From assembly GCF_006345805.1 (NCBI RefSeq), contig NW_021836296.1, forward strand, positions 1-64,000: 64,000 bases of DNA, in the 5' to 3' direction. Below the pieces are notes generated by a model. That model was not told where the DNA came from, searched no databases, and saw nothing but the letters and a program-made list of their open reading frames with translations. Of the stretch, positions 42,112-55,221 are shown piece after piece (the first letter of the stretch is position 1; each line of letters begins with the position of its first letter). The translations under genes and the position numbers were made by a program. This DNA is from Octopus sinensis (taxonomy: Eukaryota).

Positions 42112-42999
42112 CTGTCAGTCTGTCTGCCTGCCTGTCTGTCTGTCGGTCTGTTTGTCTGTGAATTCAAACAAAAGGTGAGAAAAGATATTTTCAATGCCAC
42201 CCAAATGTGGACAATTCAACGTCTCTGATGATTATAATTGAAAACCTGAGTAAAGCATTCACTGATGTTGCAAAGAGTTCCTCCGGCTGAATAAAAAATC
42301 CTGTATATGCAACTGAGGCAGTATAATATTAAAAAATCACCATGAATAAAAAAAAAAAAACAAGATGTACGAAATGTATCTCGAGCTCTCGCTGGCCGCT
42401 GCTGAGACGAAGTTTCATCATTCTCTGATATCTAAGGTGGTTTCAACACAGCAAGCCCATAATACATGTTACCTCAGAACAAATACCAGAGTCACTGGCT
42501 TATTGATTTGTATATGCATTAAGTATGATACATATATGGCTATTTTGATTTAATATTGATTTGATATGGCTACTTTGATTTAATATAGTGAATTTTATAT
42601 TTTTCCTGCTGATGTCAAACCAATATTCCTGAGAATTTGTTAGAAAGTGTTTATTAATTTTCCCACAACGTGACTCACCATCAATCACATTTATTCAATT
42701 CTAACGGCTTCAATTTGGTTATATTCGATTATATTTAGTTAATGTGAAAATATTGGAACACTGACGTGATTTGGCAGGCTTAAAACATATATAAACATCC
42801 ACTTTAATTCTGAATATCTTCCAGTTATTTATTCGAAGCACTTAAAATTTAGGCCACGCTTCACCGCACTTTTTCATTGCTGTTATACACGTTATTGGAA
42901 ACGGTCTTGAATGTAAGTAAGTTGATAGTGTACACTACACATATCTACGCTAAACCAAATCACACAGCACTAGAAGGTACTAAACAATATTCTGTTCTA

Positions 43000-43560
43000 C
43001 TAAGGCGGTGAGCTGGCAGAAACGTTAGCACGTCGGGTGAAATGCCTAGCCGTATTTCGTCTGCCGTTACGTTCTGAGTCAAATTTCGCCGTGGTCGACT
43101 TTGCCTTTCATCCTTTCGGAGTCGATAAATTAAGTACCAGTTACGCCGCACTGGGGTCAATATAATCGACTTAATCCGTTTGTCTGTCCTTGTTTGTCCT
43201 CTCTGTGTTTAGCCCCTTGTGGGTAGTAAAGAAATAGGTATTTTGTCTGCCGTTACGTTCTGAGTTCAAATTTCGCCGAGATCGACTTTGCCTTTCATCC
43301 TTTCGGGGTCGATTAAATAAGTACCAGTTACGCACTGGGGTCGATATAATCGACTTAATCCGTTTGTCTATCCTTGTTTGTCCTCTCTGTGTTTAGCCCC
43401 TTGTGGGTAGTAAAGAAACAGGTATTTAGTCTACCTAGAGTAAAAAAGTATCTTCTTTTCTACTCTAGACACAGACATACAGTAAGTACCAGTTGCGTAT
43501 TTGGGATTAATCTAATCAACTGGCCCTCTCCCCCAAAATTTCGGGCCTTGTGCCTAGAAT
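43000..43560 (+). mobile_element. SINE family E trimer
   Basis: Head, repeated core and linker, terminal gggccttgtgcctag. Confidence 0.8.
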
Positions 43561-43689
43561 AGGCATACATAAATACCCTGTTGTTGGTGTTGAAATTTCA
43601 GTGAAGGAGCCGTGGATCTAGGTTAGAAACCGGTTCTTTCTCTTTTGACAATTAACCTTGAAATAAAACTGAATAATGACATAAACACA

Positions 43690-44940
43690 TACATACGTAT
43701 ACACAAGCAGGCGCACATACATACATACATACATACATACACACATAAATACATACATGCATACATACATACATACACACATACATACATACATACATAC
43801 ATACATACACATACATACATACATACATAAATACATACATACATACATACACATACATACATACATAAATACATACATACATACACACATACACATACAT
43901 GCATACATACATACATATATACATACATACATACATACATACATACACATACATACACATACACATACATACATACATGCATACATACATACATGCATAC
44001 ATACATACATACATACATACATACATACATACATACACACATACATACATACATACATACATACACACATGCATGCATACATACATACATACATACATAC
44101 ATGCATACATATATACACACATACATGCATACATACATACATGCATACATATATACACACATACATGCATACATACATACATGCATACATATATACATAC
44201 ATACATACATGCATACATATATACACACATACATACATACATACATACATGCATACATATATACACACATACATGCATACATACATACATACATACATAC
44301 ATACATACATGCATACATATATACATACATACAAACATGCATACATATATACATACATACATACATACATACATACATACATACATACACACACACATAC
44401 ATACATACATACATACACATACATACATACATACACACATACACACATACATGCATACATACATACATGCATACATACATACATACATACATACATACAT
44501 ACATACATACATACATACATGCATACATATATACACACATACATGCATACATACATACATACATACATACATACATACATGCATACATATATACATACAT
44601 ACAAACATGCATACATATATACATGCATATATACATACATACATGCATGCATACATGCATACTACATACATACATACATACATACATACATACATACATA
44701 CATACAAACATGCATACATACATACATACATACATACATACATACATACATACATACACACATGCATACATACATACATACATACATACATGCATACATA
44801 CATACATACATACATACATACATACATGCCTACATGCATACATACATACATACATACAACGGACATTGATACACATATGCATCCATGCTTACATACATAA
44901 ATACATACATACGTACATACGTACATACATACATACATTC
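43690..44940. repeat. About 1.25 kb (TACA)n-derived satellite with higher-order duplication
   Basis: Variant acaaacatgc at 44331 and 44601 (270 bp apart) in the same context. Confidence 0.9.
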
Positions 44941-45819
44941 AGAAATACAGGCATACATAGATACATATATACATGCATACAGAAATACACACACACATAT
45001 ATATATATATACATACATACAGAAATACATACATGCACACATAATACATACATACACGCATACACGCATAATGGAGTTCTAAAATGTTGGCGTTGTTGTT
45101 GTTGTTGTTGTTGTTTTTGTTGTTGGTAGTGGTGGTAGTTGTTGATGCCGCTACCACAGCTGCTGTTGTTGCTGCTGCTGCTGCTGTTGTTGTTATTACA
45201 GTGCGAAAGGAGTCGTGTTAAGCAAAGGAATTGATGCCCCGAGGAACCATCGAACCAATTTCGTTATTCCTGTGTTCTCGACGAAAGGTGAATAACCTCC
45301 ATTGGATTAATTCCACATACTGACTGCAGGCGCCAAAACGGCTAAAACCAACAACCACTACCAGAATACCTGCTCCATTTTGTTTTTCTTTTAACCTTTT
45401 ACAAGCTCAGACACACAAAATGCGGCCATGTCATTATTCAGTTTTAGTTCAAATGCGTAACTGGTACTTAATTTATCGACCCCGAAAGGATGAAAGGCAA
45501 AGTCGACCTCGGCGGAATTTGAACTCGGAACGTAATGACTGACGAAATACCGCTAAGCATTTCGCCCGGCGTTGTAACGATTCCGCCAGCACGCCGACTT
45601 GCCAGATCAACAACAACAACAGCAATATTGGTTTCAAATTTTGCCACAAGGGCAGCCATGTTAGGGGAGAGGATTAGCCGATTAGATCGACCCCAGTACG
45701 CAGCTGGTACTTAATTTATCGACCTCGCAATGATTAAAACGCAAAGTCGACCTCGATGGAATGTGAACTCAGAACTTCAGGACGGATGAAACGTAGCTAA
45801 AGCATTTAGCCGGATGTGC

Positions 45820-46135
45820 TTGTAGTAGTAGGAGTAGTATTAGCAATTGCAAGAGTAGTGGTGGTAGTGGTGGTTTGGTAGTAGTAGTAGTAGTAATAGT
45901 TGCTGTTGTTGTAGTTTTGTTGCTGTAGCAGCCATTGTAGTCTGCTGGATGAGTTGTGTTAGTAGTGATGGTAATAGTATGAGAATTGTATTTGTGGTAT
46001 GTGTGGTAGTATATGTAGAGTAGTAGTTTCACCAGGGTGTGGTGCATTAGTAGTAGAGGCGGCAGCAGCGGCGGCAACAGCAGCTGCAACTGCAATATCA
46101 GCAGTGACTGTAACAGCTGAAACAGCAGCAGCTCC

Positions 46136-46172
<37 letters not shown>

Positions 46173-46191
46173 TAGTAGTAGTAGTAGTAGT

Positions 46192-46241
<50 letters not shown>

Positions 46242-46302
46242 ATATAGAAGCAGCAGCAGACATGGCAACAGCTGCAGCAGCAACAGCAGCAGTAGTAGCA
46301 GC

Positions 46303-46360
<58 letters not shown>

Positions 46361-47025
46361 CAAGCAGTAGCAGTCATAGCAAGAGCAGCAGCAGCAGCAG
46401 TAGCAGCAAGAGCAGCAGCAGCAGTACCAGAGATACCAATAGTAGTAGTAGTAGTAGATGTAGAAGCAGCAGCAGTCATAGCAGCAGTAACAACAGCAGC
46501 AGCAGTAGCAATAGCAGTAGTCATAGCAGCAGAAATGGTAGTAGAAGTAGTAGTAGTAGAAGCAACAGCAGTCATATGTTGTAGTAGTAGTCGTAGTAGT
46601 AGTAACGGCAGCAGCAGCAGTAGCGGTAGTCAAGCAGGGGCGCAGTAGACAGAATGGCCGAAAACAGTAGCAATCTTAGCAGCTGCAACAGTAACGGTAG
46701 CAGCAGAAGTAATAGTACAAGTAGTAGTAGTAGTAGTAGTAATAGTATTAGTAGTGGCGGTAGCAGCAGACAGATGGCTAAAAACAGTAGCAGTCGCAGA
46801 AACAACGGCAGAAGCAGTGGTAGCAGTACAGCTGCAGCAGCAACAGCAGCAACAGCAGCACCAGCTCTAGTGATAGTAGTAGTAGTAGTAATAGTAGTAG
46901 CAGCAGCAGTAGCCAAGCAGTGCAGCAGCCAGAATGACCAAAATCCGTAGCAGTTGCAGCAACAGCGGCAGAAGCAGCAGTAGCAGTAGTAGCAGTACAG
47001 CAGCAGCAGCAGCAGCAGTAGCAGC

Positions 47026-47056
<31 letters not shown>

Positions 47057-47178
47057 ATAGTAGTAGTAGTAGTAGCAGCAGTACCAACAGCAGGGCCCGG
47101 GAGGCCCAAAAAAAAAAAAAAAGCCCAGCCAGAATGACCAAAATCCGTAGCAGTTGCAGCAACAGCGGCAGGGGCAGC

Positions 47179-47214
<36 letters not shown>

Positions 47215-47313
47215 TGTAGTAGTAGCAGCCGCAGCAGTAGACGAGCAGCAGTGCAGCAGCCAGAATAGCCAAAACAGCAGCAGTCGCTGGAACAGCGGCA
47301 GCAGAAGAAGTAA

Positions 47314-47361
<48 letters not shown>

Positions 47362-47400
47362 TAGTAGTAGATGCAGCAGCGGCGCACCACCATCAGCAGT
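45820..47400. repeat. (AGT)n/(AGC)n complex minisatellite region
   Basis: agccagaatgaccaaaatccgtagcagttgcagcaacagcggc at 46927 and 47127; diverged copies near 46650, 46770 and 47257. Confidence 0.85.
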
Positions 47401-48181
47401 TGTAGTAGATGTAACAGCCAAGCTGCAGTCTCGACGGATCGGCAAAAATGGCCGACAATAACTGTCTCAGCAGGGAAGGAGTATTTGCTGTCATTATTGT
47501 TGTTGATGTTATAGCTGTTGTCATTTTTTAATGTTTATTGTAGCGTCTTACTTAAGAGATGAAACCTGTTATCAAACAGAACTGCGATCAAGAGTGTTCC
47601 AGCCAGGACTATCCCGTCGTAATTACTTTGCATATAAATAAACATGGCTGTGTGGTTAACAGGCTTGTGTTGCGATCACGTGGTGTCTTCGTTCAGTCTC
47701 GCTGGGACAGAATATTTCTGTGAGAGGTCATGGAGGGAAAGTCACAGACGCAACCGACAGGGAGGAAGCACAAGATGGCATGCCATCTGTGAAGATCACA
47801 ACGTGTGTGTGGGTGTGTGTATATGTAAGTATGTATGTATGTATGCATGCATGTATGTATGTAGGTATGAATGTATGGATGTATGTATGAATGTATGTAT
47901 GTATATATATATGTATATATGTATATGTATGTATGTACGAACATATGTATGTATGTACAGAAAGAGAAAATCCCTCATTGGCAAAAGCATGACTGAGTAG
48001 TAAGCAGTTAGCATCTGAGCTACACTGTTTCGGAATCATTCTCAGTGTTGCATCTTGGGCAAGTCTCTTCTACTCTTTTACCCTTGTCCGACCAAGTTTT
48101 TTGGGAAATTTCGTAGAAGGAAACTGAAGAAGCCAATTATATTAATATAATAATATATTATATATAATATATATATATATA

Positions 48182-48339
48182 CTTTATTTTAAGCAGCAGA
48201 AAATTCAACAAAATCTGTTACTCTGAGGTTGTCGTTGCCGTTCATCAGACAGTTTGTGCTAGCAAAAACTGTCTGATGAACGGCAACGAGAAACTCAGAG
48301 TAACAGATTTTGTTGAATTTTCTGCTGCTTAAAATAAAG
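48182..48339. mobile_element. 158-bp spacerless palindromic element, each arm a hammerhead plus AATAAA (PLE pLTR-like)
   Basis: Arms of 79 bp are 76/79 complementary, centre tgct|agca at 48260/48261. Confidence 0.85.
48265..48311 (+). ncRNA. Minimal type I hammerhead in the right arm of the palindrome
   Basis: aaaactgt CTGATGA a-cg-gcaa-cg-a GAAA ctc-a-gag TA acag-a-tttt; GUA site after 48302; A·A mismatch at the base of stem II. Confidence 0.7.
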
Positions 48340-48408
48340 CATATTACTCTACCATTGGTATTTGAGTACTCTTTTTTCCACCTTGTTTCACATTTATGTG
48401 TTTACTCC

Positions 48409-48468
<60 letters not shown>

Positions 48469-48839
48469 TGTATGTATGTATGTATGCGTGTATGTATGTA
48501 TGTATGTATGTGTGTGTGTGTGTATGTGTGTTTGCGTGTGTCTTTGTTGTTGTGCCTCTCTCCGCCGTTTGACAACCGTTGTTGGTTTGTTTGCATCCAT
48601 CCATCTAACCTAGCGATTGGATTCAAAAGGCCGATGGAACCAGTGCAGCAGATTTGAAAAGAAAACAAAAACCAAAAACAAAAATAAAATAAACAGAAAA
48701 GAAACGCTGAGGTCATTACGCTGTGAGTTTTTAAATTCTGCAGAGGTCGACTTTGCCTTTTATCCCAGTTCGATGTAATCGACTAGCACGAATTCAGGCC
48801 ATGTGCTTATAATAGAAAGCCTTGTTACAATTGATTATT

Positions 48840-49059
48840 CCTGGAACAACAATTACCACCACCACCACCACCACCACCATCCTCACTACTACCACTCCTG
48901 CTTCTCTTACTACTACTCCAGCGATCGCTGTCATCAGGATGTTTATACAACAGCTACTATTACAGCTTCCACTGACAGCCATAACATGGCGGCTTCTACT
49001 GCTGCCGATGTCCCAAATAACACTGCTGCCACAGTTGTTACCGCAGCGGTTTTGATGCA

Positions 49060-49125
<66 letters not shown>

Positions 49126-49500
49126 TCTGCTAATACGACTACTACTCTACTACTATTGCTGCTGCTGCTGTTGCTGCTGTTGTGGTTGATGCTGATGCTA
49201 CTACTACGACTACTGCTGCGGTTTTGATGCAACTACTACTACTACTACTACTACTCTACTACTACTACTACTACTAGTAGTAGTTGTAGTAGTAGTAGTA
49301 GCGGAGGTTGTGGTGGTAGTAGTGTCGCTGCTGTAGTATCGATTTTTTCGTACACTAATTCTGCTGTTTTGTTGCGTTTCCTGCTGCACCTCCTGAACAA
49401 GGCCAATAACGCTGCTGCAGTGAATCCTACTACTGGCTGCTGCTCTGCTACTACTACTACACTACTACTACTACTACTACTGCTGCTGCTACTACTACTA

Positions 49501-49533
<33 letters not shown>

Positions 49534-49971
49534 GAAGTATCAGGTGCTCTTTCCCCAAAAGAGCACAGACATTGCCACAGAATTTGCTGCTGATATTGCA
49601 ACTAATTGTGCTACTACAAAAAACAACAACTACTACTGCTACTACTACTACTACTGCTGCTGTTGCTGCATTTCCTGCTGCTGCTGCTGCTGCTGCTCTG
49701 CTGCCGCAGGAAATATTAGGTACACTCCCCAAAAAGAGCACAGACTGCTACAGAATTTGCTGCTGTCTGTACTGCAGCGAATGCTGCTGATGTTGCAAGT
49801 ATTTCTGCTACTACAAGAAAAATAACTACTACTACTACTACCACAGCTGGCTGAGTTACCCTACCCCACAAACAACATTTATTCTGCTGATGCAGTTGCT
49901 GTTGCTATTTCTACTGCACCTAGCTCTGCAGACGTTGCTAGTTTTATTACCATTATTATTACAGTTAGTAA

Positions 49972-50049
<78 letters not shown>

Positions 50050-50147
50050 GTGAAACCGCGTGGCTTAATGGTTAGAGTATTCGGCTCACGATGGAGAGGT
50101 TGTAAGCTACTGGGAATAATGGCGCATATTCCAACAGCAGCAGCAGC

Positions 50148-50183
<36 letters not shown>

Positions 50184-50230
50184 TAGTAGTAGTAGGTAGT
50201 AGTAGTAGTAGTAGTAGTAGTAGTTATAGT
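48840..50230. repeat. (ACT)n/(GCT)n/(AAT)n microsatellite field with a diverged ~190-bp duplication near 49520 and 49700
   Basis: ccccaaaa(a)gagcacagac…acagaatttgctgctg occurs twice. Confidence 0.85.
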
Positions 50231-50634
50231 TGTAGTTAACTTTCTTCTTGCTCTTGTTTCTGTTGTCGTCTTCGTTTATCCTCAGCTCAGCTCTCATCGA
50301 AGTCTAGACCAATGGTCAATGTTATTTTGACTTTTTGTACGATGTCATTCCTTCCATTTTATGATGACAGGGTTGTAACTAAATGGAGATTTGGTTGTTA
50401 TTTCCAATAGCTTCTCTTAACTAGAGAAAGGTTCTCCCATTGGAACTGCCTTTCTTGGATTTTACCCGCAGCGACGAAACAGCGCAGCATTCTTTGGTCT
50501 CCCTCTAGCAAACCTGCGAGCATTCACATCTATTTTTCATTCTCTAAATCCGGAGATTCCTCTCTTCGTAAATACAACATATATCATTTAAAAGTGTAAG
50601 ACAGAGAGACAGGCAGAGACACAGACAGACAGAC

Positions 50635-50691
<57 letters not shown>

Positions 50692-50712
50692 GAGAGAGAG
50701 AAAGAGAGAGAG

Positions 50713-50769
<57 letters not shown>

Positions 50770-50925
50770 TACACACATACATATGGCTGTATATTTATTT
50801 GCCTTAGACTTTATATCTTAAACTTTAAAATATGTCTCAGAGGATATAATCACACACACACACGCACCCACGCACCCACACGCGCACACACGCATGCACG
50901 CATGCCACTTATATATATGTGTGTA

Positions 50926-50969
<44 letters not shown>

Positions 50970-50976
50970 CCATATA

Positions 50977-51028
<52 letters not shown>

Positions 51029-51106
51029 ATATATATATAATATATATATGTATGTATGTATATATATAAATTAAATTAGAGATAAAACCACTATTAGGCA
51101 ACTCAA

Positions 51107-51146
<40 letters not shown>

Positions 51147-51372
51147 TTTAAATTTTATATCTTACACAAACTTTAGAATATATATATACTTTGAAGGCGC
51201 AGGAGTGGCTGTGTGGTAAGTAGCTTGCTTTCTAACCACATAGCTCTGGGTTCAGTCCCATTGCGTGGCACCTTGGGCAAGTGTTCTCTACTATATCCTC
51301 GAGCCGACCAAAACCTTGTGAGTGGATATGGTAGACGGAAACTGAAAGAAGCCCGTTGTATGTATATATATA

Positions 51373-51987
51373 TTGGGTTGGCAACTAAGTTCCCAACTAA
51401 TTAAACAATAATGTATTCACCTTTTTTGTTTACAACGTCTTCCCAACGTTCAACAAGATTTTCAATACCTAATTAGTAGAAATCACCCGATTTCGATTCG
51501 AAATTTGATCCAACCAAGCTCTCAGTTCTACATCAGTATTGATGGAAACTCCGCACATAGCATTTCAAATAGATCGAAAGAGGTGGAAATCCGTTGGTGA
51601 CAAATCAGGAGAGTGCAGCGGGTGTGGCAGCACTTCCCAGACATGCGTCTTTGAGGTAAAAATTTCCATTTTTGAACTTGGCATACCAATCACGAGCGGT
51701 TCTTTCAGCTATGGCACAGCAGAAAAGTTGCGATCAGCTTTTGCGGCCTTAGAATCTTGATTAAAAGCAAAAAACCGTGTCGAAAATGCTCGTTTTTCTT
51801 AACTTGACATTCCATTTTAATGATCTGAAAATAAACAAAAATTAACTAAAATTAACTAGAAAAATTCAAAATAGATTCCAAAATGATTCAAAAAGAACAT
51901 TCTCGAAAAAAATAGATTCCAAAATTTAAAAAGCGCAATAAATTCCAAAATTAAAAAAAAACGACGGGATCTTAGTTGCCAACCTAC
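51373..51987 (-). mobile_element. Internally deleted mariner with both TIRs
   Basis: TIRs ttgggttggcaactaagttccc / gggatcttagttgccaaccta; MECQVKKNEHFRH…WYAKFKNG joined to WEVLPHPLHSPDLSPTDFHLFRS…LVERWEDVVNKKGEYI*. Confidence 0.9.
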
Positions 51988-52095
51988 TCTGTCTTCCCTT
52001 CTCTGGATCTTCCCTTCTTTCCTGAGCGTCCAATAATACTATATTTGTTCCATGTCCTCGCGTTGTTGTGTTTTTTTCTGCTTTCATGTTTGAAT

Positions 52096-52130
<35 letters not shown>

Positions 52131-52235
52131 GAAATATCATTATTTCTAATCTCTCGAAAGGAGACTACGGCAGCAGTACTGGATATCAATATTTATTCTG
52201 GCAGCCCAGAAAATTAGGACGAATGGTGCCGTTGA

Positions 52236-52322
52236 TTAACTCCAAGATGCCATCGCCTCTTGTAATGGACACGGGTTTGTGTGTCACATATCTAACTAGA
52301 GGCGATGTCATATTGGAGCTAA
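52236..52322. other. 87-nt imperfect hairpin in apparently unique sequence
   Basis: 52240-52260 vs 52298-52318 are 19/21 complementary, with an inner gacac/gtgtc stem. Confidence 0.55.
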
Positions 52323-52326
52323 ACAA

Positions 52327-52358
<32 letters not shown>

Positions 52359-54176
52359 TAGTGTGTATGTGTGTTTGTGTTTCTCTGTTTATCCCATACA
52401 GTCGCTTGACAACGATGTTGGTGTGTTTACGACCCCGTTAGCAAGTGGTTCGGCATAAGAGACCGGTAGAATAAGTACTGGGCCTACAAAGAGTAAGTCC
52501 TGGTGTTGATTTTACCCGATTTTCTTCACCCTGTCGTCTCCTCACCTCAGTCTATGACTGGTACTTCATATTTTCGAACGCCTGCAAAGGTTTCAAAGAT
52601 AAAGAAAATTTAGGGGCAAGAGGTGGTGGAGATAGTGTTAGTGGTGTTGGTGGTGATGGTGGTGGTGGTGGTTGTGGTGGTGGTACAGTCGATTTGTGGT
52701 AGCGGTTGTTGTTGTTGTTGTTGTTGTAGTGGTGGTGGTGGTGGTGGTGATGGGTTGCTTTAGAGTTGATAGGTGGAACGGGGGGGAGGTAGAGTTGATA
52801 GTTGGTAGCTGTTATTGTTGTTGTTGTTGTAGTCGTGATGGTGTTGGTGTTGGTGGTGGTGTTGTTGTTAGTGGTGGTCGTGGATGGTGGCTTTAGAGAT
52901 GATAGGTGGAATCGGGGTGGTGATGGTGGTGGTGGTGGTGGTGGTGGTTGGCGGAAAAGTTGAAAGCTGGTAGCTGTTATTGTTTTTGTTATTGTTGTTG
53001 TTGTTTTTGTTGTTGATGGTGGTGGTGGTGGTGTTGATGGCGGCGGCGGTCTGTGTTTCGCCGTAGTAATTTCTTACGAATCTCCAACTGTCATGGAAAA
53101 AACAAGTCTGTGAAACATCGCGGCAGCTTTTAAACAGACAGCCGAGATCATTCGATAGCACAACATAACAAGCCTGACATCATTTCACATGACAAAAAAA
53201 TGACAATTGTGTACTAATTGTCGACAGAGGAATACCAAATTACTATAATTTTGTGCAGAGCTGAGCTGAAAAACGAAGGAATTTTACCGACCTAACTGCT
53301 GAATTAAAAAACCATTATGACAGTTAAGGAATGTGCCTATTATTCCATTTGTAAAACGATACAATTTGAATGATATTAAAAGACATCAGCCATTATTTGA
53401 ACGCTGGTTACACCGAAGCAACTGAGCTGTGAGGAGTCTCGCATCTATTGGGGCGGTTGGTCCGTAATCCCTTAACTGCTTGTAATTCATGATTGGTGCC
53501 TTCAACACTTATATCTCCCCCTTGGGATCCCTATTGTTCATCTATTCATCTATGACGATGCATCGAAGAAATCAAAGGGCGTAAAGCGAAAGAAAAAAAG
53601 AGAAAAAACGCACTCAGCACCAAAGCAGAAGTTACCTTCGAAAGTGGTGGGGGCCACCACCTCGATAACGGTAGAGGCTAGGGGCCGAAATCGGGTGTGG
53701 TTCCTCCTGATGATGTCCTTAGACACTGGATCCTATAAAGGAGCTGTTGAGGTAACAAGCCGCGAAACGTGGTAAGAATTCCTTCCCCCAGAGACACCTG
53801 CTATTCGTCCTTTAACTTCTCCGAAATAGCTGAGCAATAAAGGGCCCCAAATTTACTGATCACTGACCCCTTAACTGTCTATAAACCACGGCTGTTGCCT
53901 TCATCAACCATTTATCTCCTAGGGCAGTGTTTCTCGACCATTTTTTACCCATGGACCTCTCTGACTGCTATTTTACTCAGATGGACCCTCATAGCCTTTT
54001 CTTCGTGCCTTACCTCATTTGATGAGAATGACATCTTAGATGAGGTTATGTCGGCAGTGGATAAAAGCCTTCCCATCACAGACTACCAAAGTATGTGAAG
54101 AAGCAGTAACTGACAAATATGTGACGTTAAAAAGAAAACATCCTTTCTTACTCTGCTTCAGTTCTTAGTCAATGAA

Positions 54177-54972
54177 AGGCGGCGAGCTGGCAGAAACGTT
54201 AGCACGCCGGGCGAAATGCATAGTGGTATTTCGGCTGCCGTTACGATGTGAGTTCAAATTCCGCCGAGGTCGACTTTGCCTTTCATCCTTTCGGGGTCGA
54301 TAAATTAAGCACCAGTTACGCACTGGGGTCGATGTAATCGACTTAATACCTATGTCTGTCCTTGTTTGTCCCCTCTGTGTTTAGCCCCTTGTGGGTAATA
54401 AAGAAATAGGTATTTCGGCTGCCGCTACTTTGTGAGTTCAAATTCCGCCGAGGTCGACTTTGCCTTTCATCCTTTCGGGGTCGATAAATTAAGCACCAGT
54501 TACGCACTGGGGTCGATGTAATCGACTTAATACCTATGTCTGTCCTTGTTTGTCCCCTCTGTGTTTAGCCCCTTGTGGGTAATAAAGAAATAGGTATTTC
54601 GGCTGCCGCTACTTTGTGAGTTCAAATTCTGTCGAGGTCGACTTTACCTTTCATCCTTTCGGGGTCGATAAATTAAGTACCAGTTACGCACTGGGGTAGA
54701 TGTAAACGACTTAATCCCTTTGTCTCTTCTTGTTTGACCCCTCTATGTTTAGCCCCTTGTGGGCAATAAAGAAATAAGAAACGTTAGCACGCCTGGCGAA
54801 ATGCATAGCGGTATTTCGTCTGTCTTTACGTTCTGAGTTCAAATTCCGCCGAGGCCGACTTTGCGCTTCATCCTTTCGGGGTCGATAAATTAAGTGCCAG
54901 TTGCGTACTAGGGTCGATCCAATCGACTGGCCCCTTTCAAAAAATGTCGGGCCTTGTGCCTAGAGTAGAAAA
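54177..54972 (+). mobile_element. SINE family E tetramer, 184-bp internal unit
   Basis: ggtatttcg unit starts at 54225, 54409, 54593 and 54810. Confidence 0.9.
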
Positions 54973-55221
54973 AAGTTCTTAGTCAATGAAGATTGCTTCT
55001 CCAGTCATGAAAGAGTTAAACCTTTTAGAATCCGTGCGTTACATCAGTATTGTGAAAAACCATCAGAAAAGAGGAGCAGGAATATATAGTAATTCCTCAC
55101 CATACAGCGGTTCACCTATCGCGGTTCACTTATCGCGGTTTATTATTTAAACTTACGTTGATTCCTGTGTTGTTGTTTTGCATTTATAATAAAATAAATA
55201 TATACAAATATATATGTAAGC

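Noticed and set aside
43618-45129. Longest ORFs of the track (333-428 aa, MYVC/HTYI repeats)
   Set aside because: Translations of (TACA)n in several frames on both strands; no domain content.
53707-53775. CTGATGA…GAAACGTGGTA hammerhead-like spacing
   Set aside because: Stem I and stem II do not pair convincingly.
53480-53775. About 95-codon open frame with possible AG and GTAAGA splice sites
   Set aside because: No recognisable protein similarity; several alternative micro-exon readings are equally possible.
54225-54810. Regularly spaced repeats resembling a CRISPR array
   Set aside because: Eukaryotic SINE multimer; units are wholly repeated with no unique spacers and no cas genes.
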